A stretch of DNA of 64,000 nt from Gammaproteobacteria bacterium (GTDB lineage: Bacteria; Pseudomonadota; Gammaproteobacteria; Steroidobacterales; JBCCMA01). Position numbers and translations under genes: made by a program. Shown here one piece after another: positions 39,297 through 48,252 of this stretch. The notes under the pieces are model-generated. The model was not told where the DNA came from and did not search any database. It saw only the letters and a list, made by a program, of their open reading frames with translations. The DNA is taken from contig JBGCEL010000009.1 in assembly GCA_045106455.1 (NCBI GenBank), forward strand, positions 70,790 through 134,789, written 5' to 3'. Position 1 is the stretch's first letter. Each line of letters opens with the position of its first letter.

Positions 39297-39333
39297 AAAA
39301 GGACGGCCCGAAGGCCGTCCCCAGTCGATTTTT
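39297..39333. terminator. Bidirectional rho-independent terminator between convergent genes
   Basis: A perfect 8-bp stem, GGACGGCC-cgaa-GGCCGTCC (39301..39320). It is flanked by AAAA upstream and GATTTTT downstream. Confidence 0.6.
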
Positions 39334-39334
39334 C

Positions 39335-41383
39335 CTACCAAATTTTGACGCGTTCATCCGAGGGCAAATAGAGATCATCGGTTGGGGCAATATCAAAGGC
39401 CTCGTAGAATTCAGGTACGTTGCGCACCACACCGTTTACGCGATACATGCGCGGTGAATGCGGGTCAGTGCCAATCTGATGGCGCAACGACGCATCGCGG
39501 TATTTGTAACGCCAGCTTTGACCGTAGCCCAAAAACACCCGCTGCAGACCGGTGTAGCCATCGAGCACGGGCGGCTCTTTCCCGTCCAGCGAGAGCAAAT
39601 ACGCTTTGAGTCCAATGCTGAGCCCGCCCAGGTCACCGATGTTTTCGCCCAGCGTAAACTCGCCGTTAACATTGAGATCGTCGAACGGTTTGAACTGCGA
39701 ATACTGTTCGACCAGATTGGCCGTACGTGCTTTGAACTCTGCCAGGTCATCTTCGGTCCACCAGTTACGCAGCACCCCGTCGCCGTCAAACGTGCTGCCC
39801 GAATCGTCGAAGCCGTGACCAATTTCGTGACCAATGACGGCACCGATGGCGCCGTAGTTAACGGCATCTTCGGCATTCAAATCGAAATACGGCGGTTGCA
39901 AAATGGCGGCGGGAAACACAATTTCATTGAGCGGCGGGTTGTAGTAGGCGTTCACAGTTTGTGGTGTCATGTTCCATTCGCCACGATCCACCGGGCCATT
40001 CTGTCGCGCCAAATTTTGTGCGTAGGTAAATCGCGCTGAGCGCTTCATGTTGCCCACCAGATCATCGCGCGCAATGCTCAAAGCGGAGTAGTCTTTCCAC
40101 TCATCCGGGTAGCCGATTTTTGGCGTGAACTTGCCCAACTTGTCGAGCGCTTGCGTTTTGGTTTCTGCGCCCATCCAGTCGAGTTCGCGAATGCTGATTT
40201 CATACGCCTTGATCAAATTGTCGACCAGCACCTGCATTTTCTCTTTGGCTTCCGGCGGGAAATGCTTCGCGACATACACTTTGCCGACCACTTCACCCAG
40301 TGTGCCGTTGACCGCGCCCACACCGCGGCGCCACTGCGGCCGCTGCGTTTCCACACCGCGCATGGTCTTGGCAAAAAACTCAAAGTTCTGCGTGTCAAAG
40401 TCTGCGCTTAGCAACGACGCCGCGCCGTTAAGCGCGGACCATTTCAAATAGGTTTTCCAGGTGTCCATGGGCGTGTCCTGGATAATTCCATTGAGCGCCG
40501 TCATGTAATCGGTTTGCGTTACCACGACGCCGTCTATGTCCGCGATGCCGGCTTCACTCAAATAGGGTGCCCAGGCAAAGTCGGGCATAAGCTCGCTTAG
40601 TTCGTTGGTTGGAATCTTGTTGTACAGCGCCACCATGTTGCGGGTCTGCTCTTTTTTCATGTGCTGCGCGGCAAGTGTTTTTTCCAGCGCTACGATGGAC
40701 TCGGCCGAGGCTTTCGGGTTGGGCAAGCCAGCAAGGCCAAACATGGCTTCAATATGCGCCACATACTTGCTGCGGATTTGTTCAGATTTTTCGTCGCTGT
40801 TGAAATAGAACTCACGGTCGGGCAATCCGAGGCCGCCCTGCCAGGTGTACATCATGTAAGTACTCGGATCTTTGAAATCCACGTACTGCGCCAGTGCAAA
40901 CGGCATGTTCAAACCGCTCTTGTTGGCGTCCGCAAAATATACGGCAAGCGCGGTACGATCGCCCAGCGCATCGATGCGTGCGAATTCGCTTTGCAGTGGC
41001 GTTACGCCAAGACGATTGCGCGTCTGCATGTCCATATACGAGGCGTAGAGGTCGCCGACCTTTTGCTCATCAGAGCCCATGGCAAAGCTGCCTTTGGCGG
41101 AGGCCTCGATGATGGTGCGCACGTGTTCCTGCGATTCATCGACGAGGATGGTGCCAATCCCGTAGCCGGGTTTGTCACCTGGAATTTCGATGTTGTCGAT
41201 CCAGGTGCCGTTGACGTAGGCATTGAAGTCGTCGCCGGGGCGCACGTTCGTGTTCATGTTGTCCAGCAAAAGCCCCGAGTGCTTGGCCGACATCGCTTGT
41301 TTTGGCTCGGTCATTGTGGCGGTTTGCGGACTGCACGCGCACAGCGTCAGCAGCAGTGAGCTGGTGATCAGAGTTCTTTTCAT
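39335..41383 (-). CDS. M13-family zinc metallopeptidase (PepO / endothelin-converting-enzyme-like), probable lipoprotein
   Basis: HEIGH zinc motif (VIGHEIGHGFDD) and the downstream GENIGDLGG motif. I chose the start at 41383 (MKRTLITSSLLLTLCAC) rather than 41482. Confidence 0.9.
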   Translation of the reverse strand: MKRTLITSSLLLTLCACSPQTATMTEPKQAMSAKHSGLLLDNMNTNVRPGDDFNAYVNGTWIDNIEIPGDKPGYGIGTILVDESQEHVRTIIEASAKGSFAMGSDEQKVGDLYASYMDMQTRNRLGVTPLQSEFARIDALGDRTALAVYFADANKSGLNMPFALAQYVDFKDPSTYMMYTWQGGLGLPDREFYFNSDEKSEQIRSKYVAHIEAMFGLAGLPNPKASAESIVALEKTLAAQHMKKEQTRNMVALYNKIPTNELSELMPDFAWAPYLSEAGIADIDGVVVTQTDYMTALNGIIQDTPMDTWKTYLKWSALNGAASLLSADFDTQNFEFFAKTMRGVETQRPQWRRGVGAVNGTLGEVVGKVYVAKHFPPEAKEKMQVLVDNLIKAYEISIRELDWMGAETKTQALDKLGKFTPKIGYPDEWKDYSALSIARDDLVGNMKRSARFTYAQNLARQNGPVDRGEWNMTPQTVNAYYNPPLNEIVFPAAILQPPYFDLNAEDAVNYGAIGAVIGHEIGHGFDDSGSTFDGDGVLRNWWTEDDLAEFKARTANLVEQYSQFKPFDDLNVNGEFTLGENIGDLGGLSIGLKAYLLSLDGKEPPVLDGYTGLQRVFLGYGQSWRYKYRDASLRHQIGTDPHSPRMYRVNGVVRNVPEFYEAFDIAPTDDLYLPSDERVKIW

Positions 41384-41418
41384 AATGGTGTACCTGTATC
41401 CCGGGTAAATGGAGCGCG

Positions 41419-42048
41419 TTAGTCGCGCCCTCGTTCGATAAGATAGTCGTGCCAGATCAGCCGTGCTGCGACAGCGCGCCACGGTGACCAGTCACGAATA
41501 ATTTGTTTGCCGCGCCGACTATCAATCGAGCGTACCGGCATCACTTGTTCAAATTGCCGGATTAGCGCCACATCGCCCGGCGGCCAAACATCCGGATGGC
41601 GCAAGGCCATCAATAGATACACATCGGCCGTCCATGGCCCGATGCCAATCTGATCCATCAACAAAGCGCGGGCATCCTCGGCCGTCGCGCGATGCAGGTC
41701 GCGCAGGCGCCAGTCACCGCGGTGCAGACGTTCGGCCAGCAGACGCGTGTAGCGCATTTTCTGTCGGCTCAAGCCGCAAGCGGCCAGCTGCTTGTCGCCT
41801 AAATGCAAATAATCGGCCGGCGCCACGCGTTTGAGCTTTTTCTTCAGCCGCGTGTAAACCGCCGCGGCGCTTGCCAGTGAGACTTGTTGCTCCAAAATCA
41901 GCTGCACCAGCGTCGCGAACCCGGGTCGTCGGGACCATAATGGTGGGACGCCGTTGCGGGCCAGGAGTTCGCCCAGCCGATCATCCTGACGCGCAAGATC
42001 GCGGCACGCCACGGCCAGCGTGTCGCGATTGAGGCGCTCATAATTCAT
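41419..42048 (-). CDS. DNA-3-methyladenine glycosylase II family (AlkA-like, HhH-GPD) protein
   Basis: 209 aa with an HhH motif (IGIGPWTADVYLLMAL) and a catalytic Asp context (WPPGDVAL). Confidence 0.8.
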   Translation of the reverse strand: MNYERLNRDTLAVACRDLARQDDRLGELLARNGVPPLWSRRPGFATLVQLILEQQVSLASAAAVYTRLKKKLKRVAPADYLHLGDKQLAACGLSRQKMRYTRLLAERLHRGDWRLRDLHRATAEDARALLMDQIGIGPWTADVYLLMALRHPDVWPPGDVALIRQFEQVMPVRSIDSRRGKQIIRDWSPWRAVAARLIWHDYLIERGRD

Positions 42049-42182
42049 ACGGCCAATTCTACCTGCTCGCGGGGTTGTGTGGTGGCACGTTGCGTTGCGA
42101 CACGGATATCCCCCAAACGAGTAGCTCCCGGTGGTGGGCGGCCGTGCTACCTTAAGCTTCCCGAACTGGCGGTGTTTATAAG

Positions 42183-42863
42183 GTGGCCGACGAACTTCCC
42201 TGTTACAGCGTGCTTCTGGTCGAGGATGACCAGATTTTGCGTGAGCGGCTTGGCCGTATTATTGACGAGCATCCCCAGCTTACGCTGTCGCATACGGCGG
42301 GCGACGTGGCGGGCGCTCTGGACTGGCTCAAAGATCATCGTCCGGATGTGTTGCTGGTGGATCTGGGCCTGCCAGATGGCCACGGCACGGGCATTATTCG
42401 CTATGCCAAGGAAAAAGACGCCAGCATCGAAAGCATGGTGATTTCGGTGTTCGCCGACGAACACAATGTGGTGTCGGCGATCAAAGCTGGCGCCACCGGC
42501 TATTTACTCAAAGACAGCGACCGCGACCATATTGCCGAATCCATTCTCGATCTGTTCAAAGGCAACTCGCCCATTAGCGCCGCGATTGCGCGTCACGTGT
42601 TAAAGCAGTTTGCGGATATTGCCGCGCCATCGCAGCACGATGAGAGCATTGCGCCGGAAGACGTGCCAAGCCTGACCAAGCGCGAAGACGAAGTACTGCA
42701 GTGCATCGCGCGCGGTTTTAAATACAACGAAGTGGCCGACATGCTGGATATGTCAGTGCACACCGTGCGCTCGCACATCAAGCACATCTATCGCAAGCTC
42801 GAGGTGGGCTCGCGCAGCGAAGCGGTGTACGAGGCGGTAAAACTGGGCATCGTTACGCTGTGA
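42183..42863 (+). CDS. NarL/FixJ (LuxR-type HTH) response regulator
   Basis: GTG start. The REC domain contains VLLVEDD and VLLVDLGLPDGHG. The LuxR HTH is LTKREDEVLQCIARGFKYNEVADMLDMSVHTVRSHIKHIYRKL. Confidence 0.9.
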   Translation: MADELPCYSVLLVEDDQILRERLGRIIDEHPQLTLSHTAGDVAGALDWLKDHRPDVLLVDLGLPDGHGTGIIRYAKEKDASIESMVISVFADEHNVVSAIKAGATGYLLKDSDRDHIAESILDLFKGNSPISAAIARHVLKQFADIAAPSQHDESIAPEDVPSLTKREDEVLQCIARGFKYNEVADMLDMSVHTVRSHIKHIYRKLEVGSRSEAVYEAVKLGIVTL

Positions 42864-44701
42864 GCGGATGGGTGCGCCGAGCCGCACTGGCCGTGTCGGT
42901 GTACTTGCTCGTGTTGGCGGCAGCCTCGCCTTTTCTTTCCTATCGACTCGAGCCGCCCGCCGATGCCACGGTGATCAACGCGGCGCAGTTCGTCATGGAT
43001 GACGCCCCGGGCCAATCGATGGACGTCACCCTGCCCCATGAATGGCGCGAAACACCGGACGACACCATTGGCGCGCGCTACACACTCGAATTTGAGTTAG
43101 GCGAGCTGCCGGAGCGTTCGTGGGCCGTTGCGCTACCGACCGTGCGCTACACCGTGGGCGTGTCGGTGAACGGCGTGGCCATCGGCGACGCCGGATCCAT
43201 GACCCAACCTGTCGCACGCAACGCACGCCGGGCTTTGGTCTTTACGCTGCCAACCAACGCGCTGCGCGAGGGCGGCAATCGACTGGACATCGATTTACGC
43301 CGCGCCCCGGACGGTATTGGTTATCTGGATCGCGTGCTCGTGGGCCCCGAGCTGCCGTTGCGCTCGCGCGTCACGCGGCACAATTTGCTGCGCATCACGC
43401 TGCCCGCTGTGATTACCGTTCTGGTGCTGGTGATGTCTGGTGTCATTGGCGTGTTGGCCTACGTTCGGCGCAGTGAACCGGACTACTTTTTCTATTTTCT
43501 CGGCACACTGGTATGGGCGCTCCATAGCGTGGCTTATTTTGTGACCGACATACCGGTATCGGATCGCCTGTTCGATTGGCTGCGCTTCACCACGATGGGG
43601 TTGTTTGCCTACGTCGCAGGCGTGCTCTATGTGCATCGTTACATGGGACTGCGGCTGGTGAATTTTGAGCTGCGTGTGCTGTTGCTGGTGGTGGCCGGTG
43701 CCGTGGCCATGATGGCGCTGGAAGACCCTCAGTTTTACGTCTTCGCTTACTACGGCTGGCACCCGTTTTGTTTGCTTATGGCGGGATACGGTTTGGGTCG
43801 TATGGCGCAGCGCGCCTGGCACCGCAGTGATTTGGAGCTGCATGTCATCGCTTCATCAGCGGTGGCGCTTACGGTGTTTGGTACCCACGATCTGCTCACC
43901 ACCTGGGGCGTCACGCCCTGGCATCGTGGCTATGTTTTGCATTACGCCATGGCGTACGCGCTGGGATTGTTTTGTGCGGTCTTGTTAAGACGTTTCGTGA
44001 GCGCGCTCAACGAAGCCGAGCGTCTCAATCATGATTTGGAGGTGCGTGTGCATACCACTCGCACCGAGCTTGATCGCACGTTTCGAGAGAACCAGCAGCT
44101 TGAGAATCGTCGCGTCGTGGCGGAGGAGCGAGATCGCATCATGCGCGATATGCACGACGGCATGGGCGGACAGCTAATCACAACACTTGCGATGATCGAT
44201 GACAAACGTACCGACATGCCGCAAATCGCCCAGTCGCTGCGTTCCGCATTGCAGGACCTGCGGCTCATGATCGACTCGCTCGATGTCGCCGGCGAAGACA
44301 TCACCACCATGCTGGGGATGTTCCGTTCGCGCATCGAACCGTCGCTAAACGCCCACGACATCAAGCTCAGCTGGCAAGTAGAACCGATCGGTGAGATTGC
44401 CGAATTTGGTTCTGCTAAAGCGCTGCACGTACTGCGGATTTTACAAGAAGCGGTGACCAACGTGATTAAACACGCGGCGGCAAGCGAGGTGACGCTCAGT
44501 GCCAAAGACCGCGCGCGCGCCGGTGGCGGCCGACAGGTGACCATTGAGGTACGCGACAACGGTACCGGACTAAAAGCACCACGTGATGGCGGTCGCGGCC
44601 TGTCGAATATGAAAAGTCGCGCGTTGAATATTGGTGCGATGCTGAATGTGACGAGCGAAGATAACGGCACTACGGTGAGCTTGAAGCTGCGCCGCCAGTA
44701 A
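42860..44701 (+). CDS. Sensor histidine kinase (periplasmic domain + 7TM + HisKA_3/HATPase, 7TMR-DISM-like)
   Basis: 613 aa, with a GTGA overlap onto the response-regulator stop codon. It has multiple TM segments, a NarX-type H-box (RIMRDMHDGMGGQL) and a C-terminal ATPase (DNGTGL, GGRGLSNM). Confidence 0.85.
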   Translation: MSGWVRRAALAVSVYLLVLAAASPFLSYRLEPPADATVINAAQFVMDDAPGQSMDVTLPHEWRETPDDTIGARYTLEFELGELPERSWAVALPTVRYTVGVSVNGVAIGDAGSMTQPVARNARRALVFTLPTNALREGGNRLDIDLRRAPDGIGYLDRVLVGPELPLRSRVTRHNLLRITLPAVITVLVLVMSGVIGVLAYVRRSEPDYFFYFLGTLVWALHSVAYFVTDIPVSDRLFDWLRFTTMGLFAYVAGVLYVHRYMGLRLVNFELRVLLLVVAGAVAMMALEDPQFYVFAYYGWHPFCLLMAGYGLGRMAQRAWHRSDLELHVIASSAVALTVFGTHDLLTTWGVTPWHRGYVLHYAMAYALGLFCAVLLRRFVSALNEAERLNHDLEVRVHTTRTELDRTFRENQQLENRRVVAEERDRIMRDMHDGMGGQLITTLAMIDDKRTDMPQIAQSLRSALQDLRLMIDSLDVAGEDITTMLGMFRSRIEPSLNAHDIKLSWQVEPIGEIAEFGSAKALHVLRILQEAVTNVIKHAAASEVTLSAKDRARAGGGRQVTIEVRDNGTGLKAPRDGGRGLSNMKSRALNIGAMLNVTSEDNGTTVSLKLRRQ

Positions 44702-44717
44702 AAGCCGACGCGCAGAA

Positions 44718-46367
44718 CTAGAAGCTACGTTTGCCCTGCACGCTGAACTGCACGGTATTGATGGACGGGTCGCCGTCGAGCGGAAAGGCCAGATCGATGT
44801 GAAACACTTTGCGGCCACCGCGCGTGGGCGCCAGACGCAGGCCAACCCCGACGCTGCGCAACCAACCCAGACTCTCTCCGCCTATTGGGTTGTCGCCAAA
44901 CGAACGACCGGCGTCGGCGAACGCCGCGGCACCGACGCGAAACAGCTGCCACGGGTACCAGTCAGTAAAATAGCGCTGCTCCGCCGACAATAAAACAAAA
45001 CTGTCGCCGCTTTGGTAGCGCACGGGGTAGCCGCGCAAACCCGTGTCGCCGCCGAGCTGCAGCGGTCGATCCAGATCAAGCTGCGAACCTTTGGTGGCTC
45101 TGACACCAATCGAGCGCAGCCACTTTGGCGAAATGCGATGAAAGTAGCGTGCGCGCACTGACAGAAGTGAATTGCGCGTGCTGCCCGATTCAATACGCGT
45201 GCTGGTGGCGCCGTCCAGTAACAGCATGCGTTTCTGCGCGCTGCCAAAACCACGCTGCGCGTTGGCTCGCAGTATCCATGCGCTGCGGTCGGCCCCAAGC
45301 GAGGTGCCCGCGTAGCCTATGGTGGCGCCATAGCGGGCGCCGAGGAAAAAATCCTCGGTACGTGCCATCTGCTGCACGTTGGCGGCTTTAATAAAGTTGT
45401 CTTCCACCACATCGATGCTGACGTAGGGATACACGAGGTTGCGATTGGGTGGCACCAGGCCCGCCCGAATGCCCTCAGGCGGCAACGCAAATTCATTGTC
45501 GTTGGCCACCATACCCACACGCCAGCGTTTCACCCAGCCGTCAATGAGCCCTCGGGACCAACCCGCCCAGACGTCTGCAAACGTCTCATCATGACGATAG
45601 TCGACCAGCTCGTCGCCAAGCCGGTACAGGGAATCCACCCGATCATTGTCGACCAGCGTGACGCCCCAGGCGCGCCGCGTATCCAGAGCGAAAAACGGGC
45701 GCCCGATGCCGAACACGTAGCGATGACCATCGCTGTTGTCCGACAGATTGCCGAATACCGACAGCCAACGGCGACCGACTTGTCGATCGGAAAAATAGAT
45801 CTGGCGTGAGCGGCGATCCAGATCGCGTTCGTACAGCGCGCCAATAAGGGCACCCGTGCCAAGAAAATTCTCATCTTCAATGCCGATGACCACCTGATTC
45901 TCGCCACCGGATCGCGACCAAGACAATGCCGGTTCGATCGACCACAGATCGCGCGTGGTGACCTTCACATCCACGCGACCATTTTCATAGGCCACGGGCA
46001 CCACGGCGGCATCGAACAAGAATTGGTTGCTGCGCAAGATGCGCTCGCTTTCCTGCAGCTCACGCGGATCAAACACGTCGCCGGGCGCAAACAACAGTTG
46101 GCTGGCGATGACGCTTTGGCGCGTGGTTTTGTGCAGTTTGTTGGCGGTGGCGAAGACCCAGCTAAGATCTTCGGTTGAGGCAAACACCCCGCGACGTTCA
46201 TACAGCACTCGCCCGATCACGGCGCCCTCGTTTTGCAGGGCTTGATCGGACGGCAGATCGGCTGGGCGCGGCGCCGCAAAGTCCACTTCGCTTAAGGGCT
46301 CAGTCGCACCTGTCCATGTGCTTGCGAGAAGCACACACACAGTAAAAATCATCCATGCCGATCGCAT
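44718..46367 (-). CDS. Omp85 (BamA/TamA) family outer-membrane beta-barrel protein with one POTRA-like domain
   Basis: I prefer the start at 46367, which gives the signal peptide MRSAWMIFTVCVLLASTWTGA. A POTRA-like segment is present (GDVFDPRELQESERILRSNQFLFDAAVVPVAYENGRVDVKVTTRDLWS). The C-terminus is barrel-like and ends ...QFSVQGKRSF. Confidence 0.7.
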   Translation of the reverse strand: MRSAWMIFTVCVLLASTWTGATEPLSEVDFAAPRPADLPSDQALQNEGAVIGRVLYERRGVFASTEDLSWVFATANKLHKTTRQSVIASQLLFAPGDVFDPRELQESERILRSNQFLFDAAVVPVAYENGRVDVKVTTRDLWSIEPALSWSRSGGENQVVIGIEDENFLGTGALIGALYERDLDRRSRQIYFSDRQVGRRWLSVFGNLSDNSDGHRYVFGIGRPFFALDTRRAWGVTLVDNDRVDSLYRLGDELVDYRHDETFADVWAGWSRGLIDGWVKRWRVGMVANDNEFALPPEGIRAGLVPPNRNLVYPYVSIDVVEDNFIKAANVQQMARTEDFFLGARYGATIGYAGTSLGADRSAWILRANAQRGFGSAQKRMLLLDGATSTRIESGSTRNSLLSVRARYFHRISPKWLRSIGVRATKGSQLDLDRPLQLGGDTGLRGYPVRYQSGDSFVLLSAEQRYFTDWYPWQLFRVGAAAFADAGRSFGDNPIGGESLGWLRSVGVGLRLAPTRGGRKVFHIDLAFPLDGDPSINTVQFSVQGKRSF

Positions 46368-46462
46368 TGCGCTAGGTCGTCCTGCGTCTGGTTTGCCGCG
46401 TGGGAGACAAAGAGTGTGTGCCCACGCGCGCTGGCATGCGACGGTCCATGTCACGCTTTTGG

Positions 46463-47197
46463 TCATATTTTGGACGTCGTTTGGGCGTGTGCCGGGCTAA
46501 TGCGGGTCATCGTCTCATCGAGCCACCGCGCGGCACGGGTATTTACTTCCTCGGCCGAAAGACCGGTGGTTTCGATGGGCTCGCCGATAACGACGTGCAC
46601 GGTGCCGGATTTTTTGAGCAGACTCTGACGTCCCCAGTAGTCTCCCGCGTTGTGCGCCACCGGTACGACGGGTACCCCGGCGCTGACCGCGAGCTTGGAG
46701 CCGCTGCGCCCAAAGCGGCCGTTCTGACCGCGTGCAACACGCGTGCCTTCTGGGTAAATCATTACGTTGATGTTGCGACGGATGCGTTCACTACCGTGTC
46801 CGATCACCTGATTGATGGCGGTTTTGCGCCCCTTGCGATTAATGGGAATGACATTCATCGCACGCAGCGCAAAATTTAGTACCGGAATCCACATCAGCTC
46901 GCGCTTGAGTACCCAGGTGTGGGGCGGGCAATAAAGAGTGCCGGCGACTGTCTCCCACGCCGACGAGTGCTTTTGCAATATCACCACAGGCGCGCCGGAA
47001 AAATGCTCCGCACCTTCGATCTTCATGCCAAGTCCACACAGCCGCTGCAGCATCCACATCACGCTGCGTGCCCATTTGCGCACCAGCGCGAAGCGCCGTT
47101 CAAATGACATGAACGGCGTGCACGCGACCACGGCCGACCAGATCAGTGTCGAGAGTAGAAAATAGAGCGTGAAAATAAGCGATGCCAGCCAGCGCAT
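46463..47197 (-). CDS. plsC: 1-acyl-sn-glycerol-3-phosphate (lysophospholipid) acyltransferase family protein
   Basis: 244 aa with acyltransferase motifs KHSSAWET (motif I variant) and IYPEGTR (motif III). Its position next to gmhB is the same as PA0005 (lptA) in P. aeruginosa. Confidence 0.85.
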   Translation of the reverse strand: MRWLASLIFTLYFLLSTLIWSAVVACTPFMSFERRFALVRKWARSVMWMLQRLCGLGMKIEGAEHFSGAPVVILQKHSSAWETVAGTLYCPPHTWVLKRELMWIPVLNFALRAMNVIPINRKGRKTAINQVIGHGSERIRRNINVMIYPEGTRVARGQNGRFGRSGSKLAVSAGVPVVPVAHNAGDYWGRQSLLKKSGTVHVVIGEPIETTGLSAEEVNTRAARWLDETMTRISPAHAQTTSKI

Positions 47198-47200
47198 GGG

Positions 47201-47740
47201 TTATCTCAACAGAGCCTCCGCGACGCTCGCCAGATCGGCGTACACCGGTACGCCCCACTCCGGCAACAGCTGACTTTCCGTATCACTCCCGTTGCCGGTG
47301 CGAACAAGAATGGGCTTGGCCGACGCCGTGCGCGCTGCCGCCAGATCACGCATTGAGTCGCCCACCGACGGCACACCCTCTACGCTGTGACCCACGGCAC
47401 GCTCAATTTGGCTGTATAAGCCGTGCCGCGGTTTGCGGCACAAACAGTCATCACTTGGACCGTGCGGGCAAAAAAACCAGCCGTCGATGCGGCCGCCCAG
47501 CGCATTGAGCTGATGCTGACACTTGCGGTGCATGGCGCTCAAATCGGCGTAGCTAAATTTCCGGCGCGCCAACCCGGACTGATTAGTGGCGACCACCGTT
47601 CGCCAGCCCGCCTGGGTCAGGCGTGCGATGGCGGCAAGTGATCCCGGCAGCGCAATCCACTCGTCGGCGTCTTTTACAAACTCGGCCGAGTCCTGATTGA
47701 TCACACCATCGCGATCCAGAATGATCAGAGGCGCTGTCAT
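47201..47740 (-). CDS. gmhB: D-glycero-beta-D-manno-heptose-1,7-bisphosphate 7-phosphatase
   Basis: HAD motif I (ILDRDGVIN) and the GmhB zinc motif (CPHGPSDDCLCRKP). I chose the start at 47740 (MTAPLIILDRDG). Confidence 0.85.
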   Translation of the reverse strand: MTAPLIILDRDGVINQDSAEFVKDADEWIALPGSLAAIARLTQAGWRTVVATNQSGLARRKFSYADLSAMHRKCQHQLNALGGRIDGWFFCPHGPSDDCLCRKPRHGLYSQIERAVGHSVEGVPSVGDSMRDLAAARTASAKPILVRTGNGSDTESQLLPEWGVPVYADLASVAEALLR

Positions 47741-48252
47741 CCGTTCAAACTCCGTCCCCACCACCAGGTGCACAAAGGCAGTGCAATCAATGCGCTTAGT
47801 GCGCCGATTGGATCGAGGCTAATGGCATCGACGCGCATGGAAAGCCAGAACGCTGAACCAAACTGGAGCAATGCATACCAACCGTCGAGACGCATTTGCA
47901 CGGCCATGATCAGCCACGCACCGGTGGCTACCGCGCCGTAAAAAAGGAAATCGCGACGCACGGCAAGTGCCAGCGCTAACCCGACACCAATGCCGATTAG
48001 CCAGTGCACCACCAGTGAACGCAGTGCGCCAATGGCCCACACACCAAGTCGCGGATGATCGTACCAGTAGTTTTTCAACAGCTCAGGCAACGGTGTGCGT
48101 GTGAAAAAAGCGTGCGCCAATTCGTTTAGGAAAAAGAACGACACGCCCATGACGATCGCAAGCAGCAAGCTGCGAACGCTGACGACATCGTTGACGGTGC
48201 CGCCTTCCACCGCGCGACTATTGCGCCGCGAGAGATATGTCGGCCACACCAA
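47737..48252 (-). CDS. Small integral membrane protein (occupies the PA0007 position)
   Basis: A hydrophobic ORF of about 4 TM between glyS and gmhB, with a TCAT overlap onto the gmhB start. The start is ambiguous. 48252 overlaps glyS by 35 nt. 48150 would cut into the first TM helix. Confidence 0.5.
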   Translation of the reverse strand: MVWPTYLSRRNSRAVEGGTVNDVVSVRSLLLAIVMGVSFFFLNELAHAFFTRTPLPELLKNYWYDHPRLGVWAIGALRSLVVHWLIGIGVGLALALAVRRDFLFYGAVATGAWLIMAVQMRLDGWYALLQFGSAFWLSMRVDAISLDPIGALSALIALPLCTWWWGRSLNG

